In this document: one piece after another, positions 15,506 through 23,438 of the stretch
Position numbering within the stretch: position 1 is the first letter of the stretch
Layout: each line of letters starts with the position of its first letter
DNA from: Kiritimatiellia bacterium
GTDB taxonomy: Bacteria; Verrucomicrobiota; Kiritimatiellia; RFP12; UBA3636
Assembly: GCA_017413145.1 (NCBI GenBank)
Contig: JAFPUX010000546.1
Location: 1-41,901 of the forward strand
Direction: 5' to 3'
Length of the DNA stretch: 41,901 bases
Notes under the pieces: model-generated
Told to the model about the DNA's origin: nothing
Seen by the model: the letters and a program-made list of their open reading frames with translations, nothing else
The model's database searches: none
Translations under genes and position numbers: made by a program

Positions 15506-17299
15506 CTAGAGGGCGAGCTCGCCGTCCTGGAGCGAGATGCAGAGGGACCAGCAGAGGCTCATCCACCCGTTCTCGATGCGGGCGAGGATGCGGTTGCGGC
15601 CCTTCTCCAGGCGGATGCGGCGGTAGCCCTCGTCGATCCGCCAGCTCTTGAGCTTGTTGGAGGAGCCCCACACCGGCACGTCGTTGATCCACACGTCGCT
15701 GCGGTCGTCCGACCCGATGGCGATCCAGCGCTCGCACGCCACGTCGCAGAAGACCTCGGCGTAGGCGTACCAGATGCCGTACTCCTCGGCGTTGGGCGGG
15801 ATCGCCGCCGCGCGGGTGTCCCCCTCCCACGACTGGCGGGGCTCCGCGTTGCGGGTCTGCATGAACTCCCATCGGATCGTCCGCCCGTCCTTGCCGACGT
15901 AGGTCGCGTCGAGGTCGACGACCGACTCCGGCGGGAACTTGCGCCGGATGTTGACGCGGTCGGGGTTCGGGAACGGCCCGATCGTGTACCAGTCCTGCAC
16001 GTACATCCATTTGACGGGCGTTCCGCCGGAGGTCTCGTCCGGTGCGAACCGGATGATGTTCCCCGCCGCCAGGTTGCGCTTCTTGGGGTCGGGCGTCTCG
16101 AGCGTGCCGAGGACGGGGCGAAGGGCCGCGGACGCCTCCTGCGCCTTCTTCGCGTCCTCCTGGGCCTTCTCGGCGTCGGCGGCCTCGGCCTCGGCCGTGT
16201 TCTTCGCGACCTCGGCGGCGTCCTCCATGACCTTGGTGAGGTCCTTGGCGCGGTCCTCCTCGCTCTCGGCGGCCGCCTCGGTGATGGCGACCTGGAAGTC
16301 CGCGGCGGCGGCCATCTCCTCGAGCCGCTCCTTGCGCGCCTCGTCGCGGTCGCGCTCCTCGAAGTCCTTCTCGGTCATCCACTCGATCGTCTTCGGGGAG
16401 GTGTTCCGGACCATGTCGTCGGCGCTCTTCTGGTCTGGCTGCACGATCTCGAGCGCCTCCTCCATCATCGCGACGGCGGTCTCGACGATGTTGTTCGCCT
16501 CGCGGACGACCTCCGTCTGCGCGACCTTCTGCGCGTCGAGCGCCTCCTTGGTGCGGGGCGTGTCCTCGAGCGCCGCGCGGTCGGCCTCGAGGCGGACCGC
16601 CTTGGCGACGTCGGTGATCTGCTGCGCGGACTCGATGTCCATCCGGCGGTCGATGGCTGTCTGCGTGGCCTTGATGTCCTTGTAGGACTCGGTGATGGCG
16701 ACTTCGATCTCCTTCGCGAGCTCGTACGCGTCGGCCAGTTCCATCGCGGTCGCGTCCTTCGTGACGAGGGCGTTCTCGGCGCGGACGGCCGGGGCGAGCG
16801 GAACGGGGTCGGGCTCGTCGTTCTCGAGGATCTCGCGCAGGAGCGCGAGGCGCGCGGCGATGTCGTCCTGCGCCTGCGAGGCGCGCTTGAGCTTGTCGAC
16901 CTGCTCGGCGTTGACGTTGCGCCTGCGGATGTTCTCGAGGTTCTGGACCCGCGTCTGGCGGTTGCCCAGCTCCTTCTCGCCCTCGGCGATGCGCTTGCGT
17001 CCGTCCTCGGCGGCGCGGATGCTCCGGTCGAGGCGGAACTTCTCGCGGTCGGCGCGCTTCCGCTGGGAATCGGCCTCGCCGCCCTTCTCGGCGGCGAGAT
17101 GGCGGGCGTCGCGCGCCTTGGCGTCGAGCTCCTTGGCCCGCGCGGCGGCCTCGTCGGCCTTCTTCCTCTGCTGGGCGATCCGCTCCTCCGTCTCGCGGAT
17201 CTTCCGTTCGAGGTCGTCCACCTCGTCGGCCCGCGCGGGGACCGCGTGGAGCGCCAGGACGGCGGCGGCGAGCGCCGCGAAAAGGGCGCGCGTCCGCAT
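15506..17299 (-). CDS. secreted coiled-coil protein with C-terminal beta-rich Trp-rich domain
   Basis: 597 aa from ATG 17299 (MRTRALFAALAAAVLALHAVPARA signal peptide). It has about 380 aa of charged heptad-like sequence, then a ~190-aa globular C-terminus. The start overlaps the upstream stop (TGATG). Confidence 0.85.
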   Translation of the reverse strand: MRTRALFAALAAAVLALHAVPARADEVDDLERKIRETEERIAQQRKKADEAAARAKELDAKARDARHLAAEKGGEADSQRKRADREKFRLDRSIRAAEDGRKRIAEGEKELGNRQTRVQNLENIRRRNVNAEQVDKLKRASQAQDDIAARLALLREILENDEPDPVPLAPAVRAENALVTKDATAMELADAYELAKEIEVAITESYKDIKATQTAIDRRMDIESAQQITDVAKAVRLEADRAALEDTPRTKEALDAQKVAQTEVVREANNIVETAVAMMEEALEIVQPDQKSADDMVRNTSPKTIEWMTEKDFEERDRDEARKERLEEMAAAADFQVAITEAAAESEEDRAKDLTKVMEDAAEVAKNTAEAEAADAEKAQEDAKKAQEASAALRPVLGTLETPDPKKRNLAAGNIIRFAPDETSGGTPVKWMYVQDWYTIGPFPNPDRVNIRRKFPPESVVDLDATYVGKDGRTIRWEFMQTRNAEPRQSWEGDTRAAAIPPNAEEYGIWYAYAEVFCDVACERWIAIGSDDRSDVWINDVPVWGSSNKLKSWRIDEGYRRIRLEKGRNRILARIENGWMSLCWSLCISLQDGELAL

Positions 17300-18357
17300 C
17301 AGGCGCCTCCCTTCTTGGCGGCCGCCTCGGCGGCGGCGCGCGCCTTCTTGGCCTTCTCCAGCGCGGCGCGGGCGTCCTTGAGCTCGCGTTCGAGGCGCGC
17401 GGCCTCCTCGCGCGAGGCCTTCGCCTCGGCGTCGGCCTTCGCGCACTCCTCCCGGAAGCGCTGCTCGTCGGCCTTCGCGGCGTCCTGCTCCCTGGCGGCC
17501 TTCTCGCGCAGCTTCGTGGCGTCGGCGAGCTGCGCCTCGGCATCCTTGCTCTCCGCCTCGGCCTTCTCGACGCCCTCCCGCTGGTCGGCGAGCCACTTCT
17601 CGTGGTTCCGGAGTTCGAGCGTGCGCTGGCGCACCTCGGACATCTTGAAGCCGATCTCGGACGCCTCCTTCTGCGCCCGGTTCTGCATCGTGGCGGCCTC
17701 CATCTGGGCGTCGCGAACCTTCTCGGACGCCTCGGCCGTCTTGCGGTAGCCGGCGAACCCGGCCTGCGTCTGGATGCGGTCGAGCGCGTTGCCGGCGCGC
17801 GCCTGCGCGTCGGCGATCTTCTCGCCGTCCTCGCGGACGAGGTACTCGGCGGTGTGCTGCAGCCACCGGGAGCGCTCCTCGTCCATCAAGTCGAGCCCCT
17901 CCTCGGCGAACATCCTCTCGACCTTGCCGATCACCGGGGCCTGCTCCGAGAGCGCGGCCTTCTGGGCGGCCTCCGCCGCGTCGAGCTCGCGGAGCATCGA
18001 CTGCTTGACGTCCTCCGCGGACTCGCCGGCGAAGGCGTCGTAGTCCTTCTGGAGCTGCTCCTTCATGAGGTCCATGTTGTGGAGCACGGTCTTGAGGGCC
18101 TCGAGCTGGCGCAGGAGCTCGTTCACGCGGGCCTGCGAGAGCGCGTCGGAGATCTGCTCGATGCGCTCCGGGGGCAGGTGCTCGGCGGGGTTCTTCTTCT
18201 TGCGCTCCACGAGGAGGCTCCGCGCCGGCGTCATCCAGACGATCGCGAGGACGAGCACGACGTGGAACGCGACCGAGGCGGCGTTCCACAGCACCTCCCT
18301 GCGGCGCCGGACCCTCTCGCGCTCGCGGATCTCGTCGGCGAAGCGGGCGTCGTTCAT
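17299..18357 (-). CDS. membrane-anchored coiled-coil protein (occupies the TonB position)
   Basis: 352 aa. One N-terminal TM helix (VLWNAASVAFHVVLVLAIVWM) is followed by a long E/K/A-rich helical region. ATGA overlap with the exbD stop. Confidence 0.85.
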   Translation of the reverse strand: MNDARFADEIRERERVRRRREVLWNAASVAFHVVLVLAIVWMTPARSLLVERKKKNPAEHLPPERIEQISDALSQARVNELLRQLEALKTVLHNMDLMKEQLQKDYDAFAGESAEDVKQSMLRELDAAEAAQKAALSEQAPVIGKVERMFAEEGLDLMDEERSRWLQHTAEYLVREDGEKIADAQARAGNALDRIQTQAGFAGYRKTAEASEKVRDAQMEAATMQNRAQKEASEIGFKMSEVRQRTLELRNHEKWLADQREGVEKAEAESKDAEAQLADATKLREKAAREQDAAKADEQRFREECAKADAEAKASREEAARLERELKDARAALEKAKKARAAAEAAAKKGGA

Positions 18358-18770
18358 TTCCTCAGCCCGTCGGCCGTGTGGATCCCGACGACCGTGAGGC
18401 CCTCGTGGCGCGAGGCCTCGAGCACCTGCACGATGGAGCGGAACGGCGCGAAGACGTCGCCGTCGATCCGGATGCGGCGGTCGGGGTTCTCCTTCGCGGC
18501 GTCCTGGAGCGCGGCGCGGAGGCCCGCCGGGCCGACCGGCTTGGAGTTCACGTAGAGGTCGCCCTTCGAGTCGACCGAGACGGTCACCAGGTCGGACGCG
18601 GCCTTGACGTCCTGCGCGACGTCCGCCTCGGGCAGCTCGAGCGGGACCTCCTTCTCGATCTTCTTGAGCTGGCTGGAGACCAGGAAGAAGATGAGCATCA
18701 GGAAGATGCAGTCCATCATCGAGGTGAGCTGGACCTGCGGCTTCTCGTCCTCGTCGTATTTCGCGGCCAT
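18354..18770 (-). CDS. exbD: biopolymer transport protein ExbD/TolR family
   Basis: 138 aa with an N-terminal TM (LTSMMDCIFLMLIFFLV) and a periplasmic domain typical of ExbD/TolR. Confidence 0.9.
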   Translation of the reverse strand: MAAKYDEDEKPQVQLTSMMDCIFLMLIFFLVSSQLKKIEKEVPLELPEADVAQDVKAASDLVTVSVDSKGDLYVNSKPVGPAGLRAALQDAAKENPDRRIRIDGDVFAPFRSIVQVLEASRHEGLTVVGIHTADGLRK

Positions 18771-18777
18771 GGCGAGC

Positions 18778-19590
18778 TCAGCCCTTCAGGAAGATCCGGT
18801 TGACGATCTCGGAAATCTCCTCCTCGAGGAGCACCGCGAAGAAGTTGAGCCGCTTCTTCACGAGGTCGAAGGCGAAGAGGCACGGCATCGAGACCGCGAG
18901 GCCGGCGACCGTCGTGACGAGCGCCTTGCCGATGTCGTCGGCGAGCACGGACGCGTCGCCCATCTCGCCCATCGCGGCGACGGTGCCGAACGCGCCGAGA
19001 AGGCCGACGACGGTTCCGAAGAGGCCGAGCAGCGGCGAAAGCGTCGCGGCGGTCGAGATCATCGAGGCCTTGCGGTTCTCGAGGCGCAGCTCGCGGGCGA
19101 GCTTGTCCTCGGCGATCGTCTTGGCCTCCTGGTAGCCCGCCTTTTCGCGGTGCCGGAAGACGGTCTCGACGACGCGGGCGAGGATCGACCCGGACGTGCG
19201 GCACAGCTCGGCCACCTCGTCGGTCTTGCCGGCCTTCCAGAGCTCGACGACCCTGTCGGCGAACCCGTCGGGCGCCATGCGCGAGCGGCGCAGGTTGCAG
19301 AAGCGCTCGAGCGCGCAACCGAGGCCGAGCACGGAGAGCAGCGCGATGAAGTACATCGTGTTGCCGCCCTGCCTCCAGTAGATGCCCCACCGCTCCGCGC
19401 CGGAGATCTCCTTCGGGGCTTCGGCCGCGGCCTCCTCGGCCGCCGGCGCCCCGGCCGGGGCCGTTTCGGCGGCTTCCGCCGCCGGCGCCTCGGCCGCAGG
19501 CTCGGCCTTGGCCGCCTCCTGCGCCCACGCGGCCCTCAGGAACAACACGCCCGCCAGCGCGAGCGCGGTCATTGCAAGTCTCGTCTTCAT
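18778..19590 (-). CDS. exbB: MotA/TolQ/ExbB proton-channel family protein
   Basis: 270 aa from ATG 19590. It has a signal-like N-terminus and an A/E/P-rich linker, then the conserved TolQ/ExbB C-terminal TM pair (LSPLLGLFGTVVGLLGAF...ALVTTVAGLAV). Confidence 0.9.
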   Translation of the reverse strand: MKTRLAMTALALAGVLFLRAAWAQEAAKAEPAAEAPAAEAAETAPAGAPAAEEAAAEAPKEISGAERWGIYWRQGGNTMYFIALLSVLGLGCALERFCNLRRSRMAPDGFADRVVELWKAGKTDEVAELCRTSGSILARVVETVFRHREKAGYQEAKTIAEDKLARELRLENRKASMISTAATLSPLLGLFGTVVGLLGAFGTVAAMGEMGDASVLADDIGKALVTTVAGLAVSMPCLFAFDLVKKRLNFFAVLLEEEISEIVNRIFLKG

Positions 19591-19668
19591 GTCGTTTGTT
19601 GGGTTCTTCGTTCGCTTGGGGGGTCTCCCCGTTTCGGAACCGCCGGCGGTTGTGCCGGACGGGGCGTC

Positions 19669-19697
19669 ATTATAGAGAAAACCGGCCTGCGAAACAA
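19669..19697 (-). promoter_or_regulatory. candidate promoter TTGTTT-17 nt-TATAAT for the exbB operon
   Basis: The minus strand has a perfect TATAAT (19674-19669) and TTGTTT (19697-19692) about 79 nt upstream of the exbB ATG. Confidence 0.4.
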
Positions 19698-19837
19698 GCC
19701 AAAATGTCAATCGTCAACCGATGGACTCGTGTGCAATGGGGCCGCCGCGGACGATCCGGCGCGGGCTCACATCGGGGGATACGAAGGCGCCCGCCTTCAC
19801 GTCCTCCTCGCGGAAGCCGGCGAGGAGGATTTCCGCG

Positions 19838-20050
19838 CTACTCCCGGTTCTTGGCCCAGTGCCGCTTCATCGCCTCGAGGCGGTCGGTGGTCTCGCCCCC
19901 GCGGATGTTGCGGAGCTTGCCGGTCTCGGCGTCGCGGATGGACTCGAGGTTCCAGCCGTAGAATTCGCCGTAGGAGTGGAAGGTCCAGAACTTGTAGCCG
20001 TGCTTCTCGATGAGGTCGGCCACGTCGTCGAGCCACTGCGCGACGAGCGG
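19838..20050 (-). pseudogene. orphan C-terminal fragment (70 codons) of an unidentified enzyme
   Basis: Only the last 70 codons (PLVAQWLDDVADLIEKHGYKFWTF...KRHWAKNRE*) look protein-like. Upstream in the frame is the reverse complement of the AraC fragment, and there is no start codon. Confidence 0.45.
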
Positions 20051-20209
20051 CTGCGCCGCGTCCGCGCGCTCCTCTCGGAGACGACGACGCCCATCGGCGC
20101 GATCGCGGGCCTGTGCGGCTTCAAGAGCGACGGCTACCTCAAGCAGCTCTTCCGCGCCCGCCACGGCTGCACCATGCGCGACTGGCGCCGCCGCGCCCGC
20201 GGGCGGTGA
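20045..20209 (+). pseudogene. AraC-family HTH C-terminal fragment
   Basis: ERLRRVRALLSETTTPIGAIAGLCGFKSDGYLKQLFRARHGCTMRDWRRRA matches the second HTH of AraC/XylS regulators. No sensor domain or plausible start lies upstream. Confidence 0.6.
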
Positions 20210-20276
20210 GCGACGGCGCGGCGGGACCGCACGGCCGCGGCACCCCTGTCCTGCGATCGCATGTTGCGGACAGTTA

Positions 20277-20519
20277 ACACAGAGCCACACGGAGCGGCCG
20301 GAGCGACCGACTTTTCCGCTTCGCGTCGTTCTCGGCGTTTGCGCCGTTTCACGATCGAAGTTCTTTTGGGCGGGGCTGCCGCCCCGCACCCCGCGGCGCA
20401 TGCGACCGCAGCGTACGGGCAACACCCAAAACAACCGAATCGCGGCTCGGCGAATGCGCCGATGGGGGCGCGAAGCGATGCGTTCGGCCGCTCCGGCCGC
20501 TCCGCGTGGGCTCTGCGTT
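20277..20519. repeat. ~240-bp element bounded by ~36-bp inverted repeats
   Basis: AACACAGAGCCACACGGAGCGGCCGGAGCGACCGAC (20277-20311) is the inverted complement of 20482-20519, with about 33 matches and one indel. An internal 15-mer gcggcgcatgcgacc (20393-20407) is repeated exactly at 20529-20543. Confidence 0.6.
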
Positions 20520-20548
20520 TCAAAACTTGCGGCGCATGCGACCCGGTG

Positions 20549-20577
20549 TTGTCTGCGCCGCGGACCTGTGGTAGACT
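20549..20577 (+). promoter_or_regulatory. promoter TTGTCT-17 nt-TAGACT with TG extension, 6 nt before the MBL ATG
   Basis: TGGTAGACT at 20569-20577, then ggccgc, then ATG 20584. Confidence 0.5.
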
Positions 20578-20583
20578 GGCCGC

Positions 20584-21783
20584 ATGAACGGCAACGACAG
20601 GGGCTGGCCCGGGTGGCGGCCGGGGGAATTCCAGGCGCACTTCATCCACACCGGTGTCGCGGAGTCGGTGTTCTTCGTGTTCCCCGACTCCACGACGATG
20701 CTGCTGGACTGCGGCGACCAGGCGTCGATCACGCGCGGAAAGTTCGCCGTCCCCGCCCTGCCCGGGCCCGAGCGGCTCGCCGGCGAATGGGTGGCCCGCT
20801 ACGTCCGCCGCGCGAACCCCAACGGCGCCGAGGTCGACTGGGCCGTCGCCTCGCACTTCCATTCCGACCACGTCGGGACGCCGTCCTGGCAGAAGTTCCC
20901 GTGGATCCCGGGCGAGCCGGACCGCCTCGAAGGGTGCCCCCGCTGCGGATTCGCCCTCGCGGCCGAGACGCTCCGGTTCCGCCGCGCGACGGACCGCGGC
21001 TGGCCGGACTACGACGATCCGCTGCCGAGCGCGTGCGCCGAGGCGGTCGACGTCGTCCGCTCCGCGTGGGAGGCGCTGCGGCGCCGCGACGGGCTCGTCG
21101 TCGAACCCTTCCGCCTCGGCGCGACGGACCAGTTCGCCGCCGAGCGGGGCGGAGCGCCCGGCTTCTCCGTCCGCAACGCGTTCGCCAACGGGCGGCTGGC
21201 GCTGCCGGACGGCTCCGTGCGCGACCTCTACGCCGACTTCGTCGCCCGCGACCGCCCCGCCGCGCTCAACGAAAACGGGATGAGCCTCGGGATGGTCTTC
21301 TCCTACGGCGCGTTCCGGCTCTTCGCGGGCGGCGACTTCTCGGACACGATCCCCGGGCCCGGCGGGCGGCGGATTTCCGTAGAGGACGAGCTGGCCGGCT
21401 TCATCGAACCGTGCCACGTCGCCAAGATCGACCACCACGGCCACCACTCGGTCGGCCGCGCGCTGGCCGCGGCGCTCCGGCCGCGCGTCTGGGTCGCCTG
21501 CGTCTGGGACACGCTGCACCTCACCGAGGACACGGCCGAGTCGCTGCTCGTTCCGGACGCGCCGGACGGCGCGCAGCCGCTGCTCGTGCCGACGGTCCTC
21601 CCCGTCACGGAGGCCGGCGAACGCCCGTGGTGGCGCTTCGTGCCCGACGCCTGCCGCACGGGGTGCCACGCCGTCGTCACCGTGCCCCCGGGCGGCGAAA
21701 CGTTCCGCCTCGACCTGCTCGACGCCCGCGACGAGGCCATGCGCGTCGTCGACTCGCGCACCTTCCGCACCGAACCTGCCTGA
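20584..21783 (+). CDS. MBL-fold metallo-hydrolase
   Basis: 399 aa with the HxHxDH motif (ASHFHSDHVG) and downstream His/Asp ligand contexts (KIDHHGHH). Confidence 0.87.
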   Translation: MNGNDRGWPGWRPGEFQAHFIHTGVAESVFFVFPDSTTMLLDCGDQASITRGKFAVPALPGPERLAGEWVARYVRRANPNGAEVDWAVASHFHSDHVGTPSWQKFPWIPGEPDRLEGCPRCGFALAAETLRFRRATDRGWPDYDDPLPSACAEAVDVVRSAWEALRRRDGLVVEPFRLGATDQFAAERGGAPGFSVRNAFANGRLALPDGSVRDLYADFVARDRPAALNENGMSLGMVFSYGAFRLFAGGDFSDTIPGPGGRRISVEDELAGFIEPCHVAKIDHHGHHSVGRALAAALRPRVWVACVWDTLHLTEDTAESLLVPDAPDGAQPLLVPTVLPVTEAGERPWWRFVPDACRTGCHAVVTVPPGGETFRLDLLDARDEAMRVVDSRTFRTEPA

Positions 21784-21829
21784 CAGGGACGCGCCCGCGC
21801 CGCCGCGGGCGGGCCGGCAAACACGTGGG

Positions 21830-21853
21830 GGGGTGCGGCGATCGCCGCACCCC
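21830..21853. terminator. perfect 24-nt GC palindrome between convergent genes (possible bidirectional terminator, no U-tract)
   Basis: GGGGTGCGGCGA|TCGCCGCACCCC lies between the MBL stop (21783) and the acyl-CoA dehydrogenase stop (21879). Confidence 0.4.
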
Positions 21854-21878
21854 GCCACGAATACTGCCAACGGTGACG

Positions 21879-23048
21879 CTAGACGAGCCCCGCGGCGGCT
21901 TCCTTCACCAGCTCGCGGCCGATGACGTCGCGCTGGATCTGGTTGGTACCCTCGTAGATCTGCGTGATCTTGGCGTCGCGCATCATTTTCTCGACGGGGT
22001 ACTCCTTCATGTAGCCGTAGCCGCCGAGCGCCTGGACGGCGTCGGTGGTGACGGACATCGCCACGTCGGAGGCGAAGCACTTGGCCATCGCGGAGATCTT
22101 GGAGATGTCCTTGGCGCCGCTGTCCATGTACTGCGCGCAGCGGTAGACGAGCGCGCGGGCGGCCTCGACCTTCATCGCCATGTCGGCGAGCATGAAACGG
22201 TAGCCCTGGTTGGCGTTGAGCGGCTGGCCGAACTGGTGGCGCTCGCGCGAATACTTCACGGCGCATTCGAGCGCGCCCTGGGCGATGCCGAGCGCCTGCG
22301 CGGCGACGGACGGACGGGAGCGGTCGAGCGTCTTCATCGCGACGAAGAACCCGCGGCCCTCGCCCCAGATCACGTTCTCCTTCGGGACGCGGCAGTCCTG
22401 GAAGACGAGCTCGCGCGTGGAGGACGCGCGGATGCCCATCTTGTTCTCCTTCTTGCCGTAGGTGAAGCCGGGCGTTCCGTCCTCGACGATGAAGAACGTC
22501 GCGCCGCGCGCGCCGCGCGACTTGTCGGTCGTGGTGCAGACGGTGTAGATTTTCGCCTCGCCGCCGTTGGTGATCCACTGCTTGGTGCCGTTCAGGACGT
22601 AGAAGTCGCCGTCCTTCGTCGCGGTCGTGGCGACGCCCGCGGCGTCCGACCCGGCGTTCGCCTCCGTGAGCGCGAACGCGGCGATTTCGCCGGCCGCGAT
22701 GCGCGGAAGGTACTTGGCCTTCTGCTCCTCGTTGCCGCAGAGCAGGATGGGGAGCGTGCCGAGCGCGGTGCCGAAGAGCGAGAGCGCGATGCCGGCGCAG
22801 TACTTGCAGAGCTCCTCGACGGCGACGACCATGTCCATCGTGTTGCCGCCCATGCCGCCGTACTGCTCGGGGATGAACAGGCCGAAGAGGCCCGCGTCCG
22901 CGAAGTCCTTGGCGATGTCGTGCGGGAAGATGCCCTCCGCGTCGTACTTCTCGCGGACGGGGAGGATCTTCTTCTCGCCGATCTCGCGGCAGAGGTTCTT
23001 GATTTCGAGTTGGAGTTCGGTCAGGCCGAAGTCGGCGGGCTTGTCCAT
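21879..23048 (-). CDS. acyl-CoA dehydrogenase
   Basis: 389 aa from ATG 23048. Full-length similarity by eye to short/medium-chain ACADs (LTEANAGSDA, KQWITNGG, IYEGTNQIQR). Confidence 0.93.
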   Translation of the reverse strand: MDKPADFGLTELQLEIKNLCREIGEKKILPVREKYDAEGIFPHDIAKDFADAGLFGLFIPEQYGGMGGNTMDMVVAVEELCKYCAGIALSLFGTALGTLPILLCGNEEQKAKYLPRIAAGEIAAFALTEANAGSDAAGVATTATKDGDFYVLNGTKQWITNGGEAKIYTVCTTTDKSRGARGATFFIVEDGTPGFTYGKKENKMGIRASSTRELVFQDCRVPKENVIWGEGRGFFVAMKTLDRSRPSVAAQALGIAQGALECAVKYSRERHQFGQPLNANQGYRFMLADMAMKVEAARALVYRCAQYMDSGAKDISKISAMAKCFASDVAMSVTTDAVQALGGYGYMKEYPVEKMMRDAKITQIYEGTNQIQRDVIGRELVKEAAAGLV

Positions 23049-23085
23049 GGCTGGAGGGCTGGCTGGGGTGGTTGGAATGCGCGGA

Positions 23086-23094
23086 ATGCTACCA
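23086..23094 (-). promoter_or_regulatory. extended -10 TGGTAGCAT upstream of the acyl-CoA dehydrogenase
   Basis: The minus strand reads TGGTAGCAT about 38 nt before ATG 23048. Confidence 0.45.
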
Positions 23095-23131
23095 AAAAAC
23101 GGCCGGATTGCAAACGGCAAAAATTTTCCGC

Positions 23132-23160
23132 TTGCATTCGTCCCGCTGTTTTGCTAGAGT
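23132..23160 (+). promoter_or_regulatory. promoter TTGCAT-17 nt-TAGAGT with TG extension for the tRNA pair
   Basis: TTGCAT at 23132-23137 and TGCTAGAGT at 23152-23160. The tRNA-Arg starts at 23213. Confidence 0.5.
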
Positions 23161-23212
23161 TGCGATCCGTCTTCGCGACACACGGCCTTCGGGCCCGGCC
23201 GCCGGACAGCGC

Positions 23213-23289
23213 GCGTCTCTCGCCCAATTGGATAGAGCACCTGACTACGGATCAGGAGGTTGCAGGTTCGAATCCTGCGAGACGCGCCA
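23213..23289 (+). tRNA. tRNA-Arg (anticodon ACG)
   Basis: 77-nt cloverleaf folded by hand. Acceptor GCGTCTC/GAGACGC, anticodon arm CCTGA-CTACGGA-TCAGG, T arm GCAGG-TTCGAAT-CCTGC, encoded CCA. Confidence 0.93.
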
Positions 23290-23293
23290 GCCT

Positions 23294-23370
<77 letters not shown>

Positions 23371-23378
23371 ATCTCCCC

Positions 23379-23412
23379 GGAACCCGTCGCGCGAGCGGCG
23401 GGTTCCTTTTTT
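23379..23412 (+). terminator. intrinsic terminator after the tRNA pair
   Basis: A 12-bp stem (GGAACCCGTCGC / GCGGCGGGTTCC, 1 mismatch) with a GCGA tetraloop, followed by TTTTTT. Confidence 0.8.
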
Positions 23413-23422
23413 CCTCCGTCTC

Positions 23423-23431
23423 TGCTAGAAT
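23423..23431 (+). promoter_or_regulatory. extended -10 TGCTAGAAT, 7 nt before ATG 23439
   Basis: TGCTAGAAT-gcgcgcc-ATG. The first ATG of the ORF frame (23430) lies inside the -10 hexamer. Confidence 0.5.
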
Positions 23432-23438
23432 GCGCGCC

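Noticed and set aside
15137-18555. Plus-strand ORFs of 870 aa and 317 aa, and a 725-aa minus-strand alternative frame, over the coiled-coil genes.
   Set aside because: These are low-complexity antisense or shifted frames. The chosen frames have a signal peptide or TM helix, heptad-like composition and translational coupling to exbD.
20134-22578. 814-aa minus-strand ORF antisense to the MBL hydrolase, and a shifted frame over the acyl-CoA dehydrogenase.
   Set aside because: The translation is low-complexity, while the plus-strand MBL frame has the HxHxDH motif.
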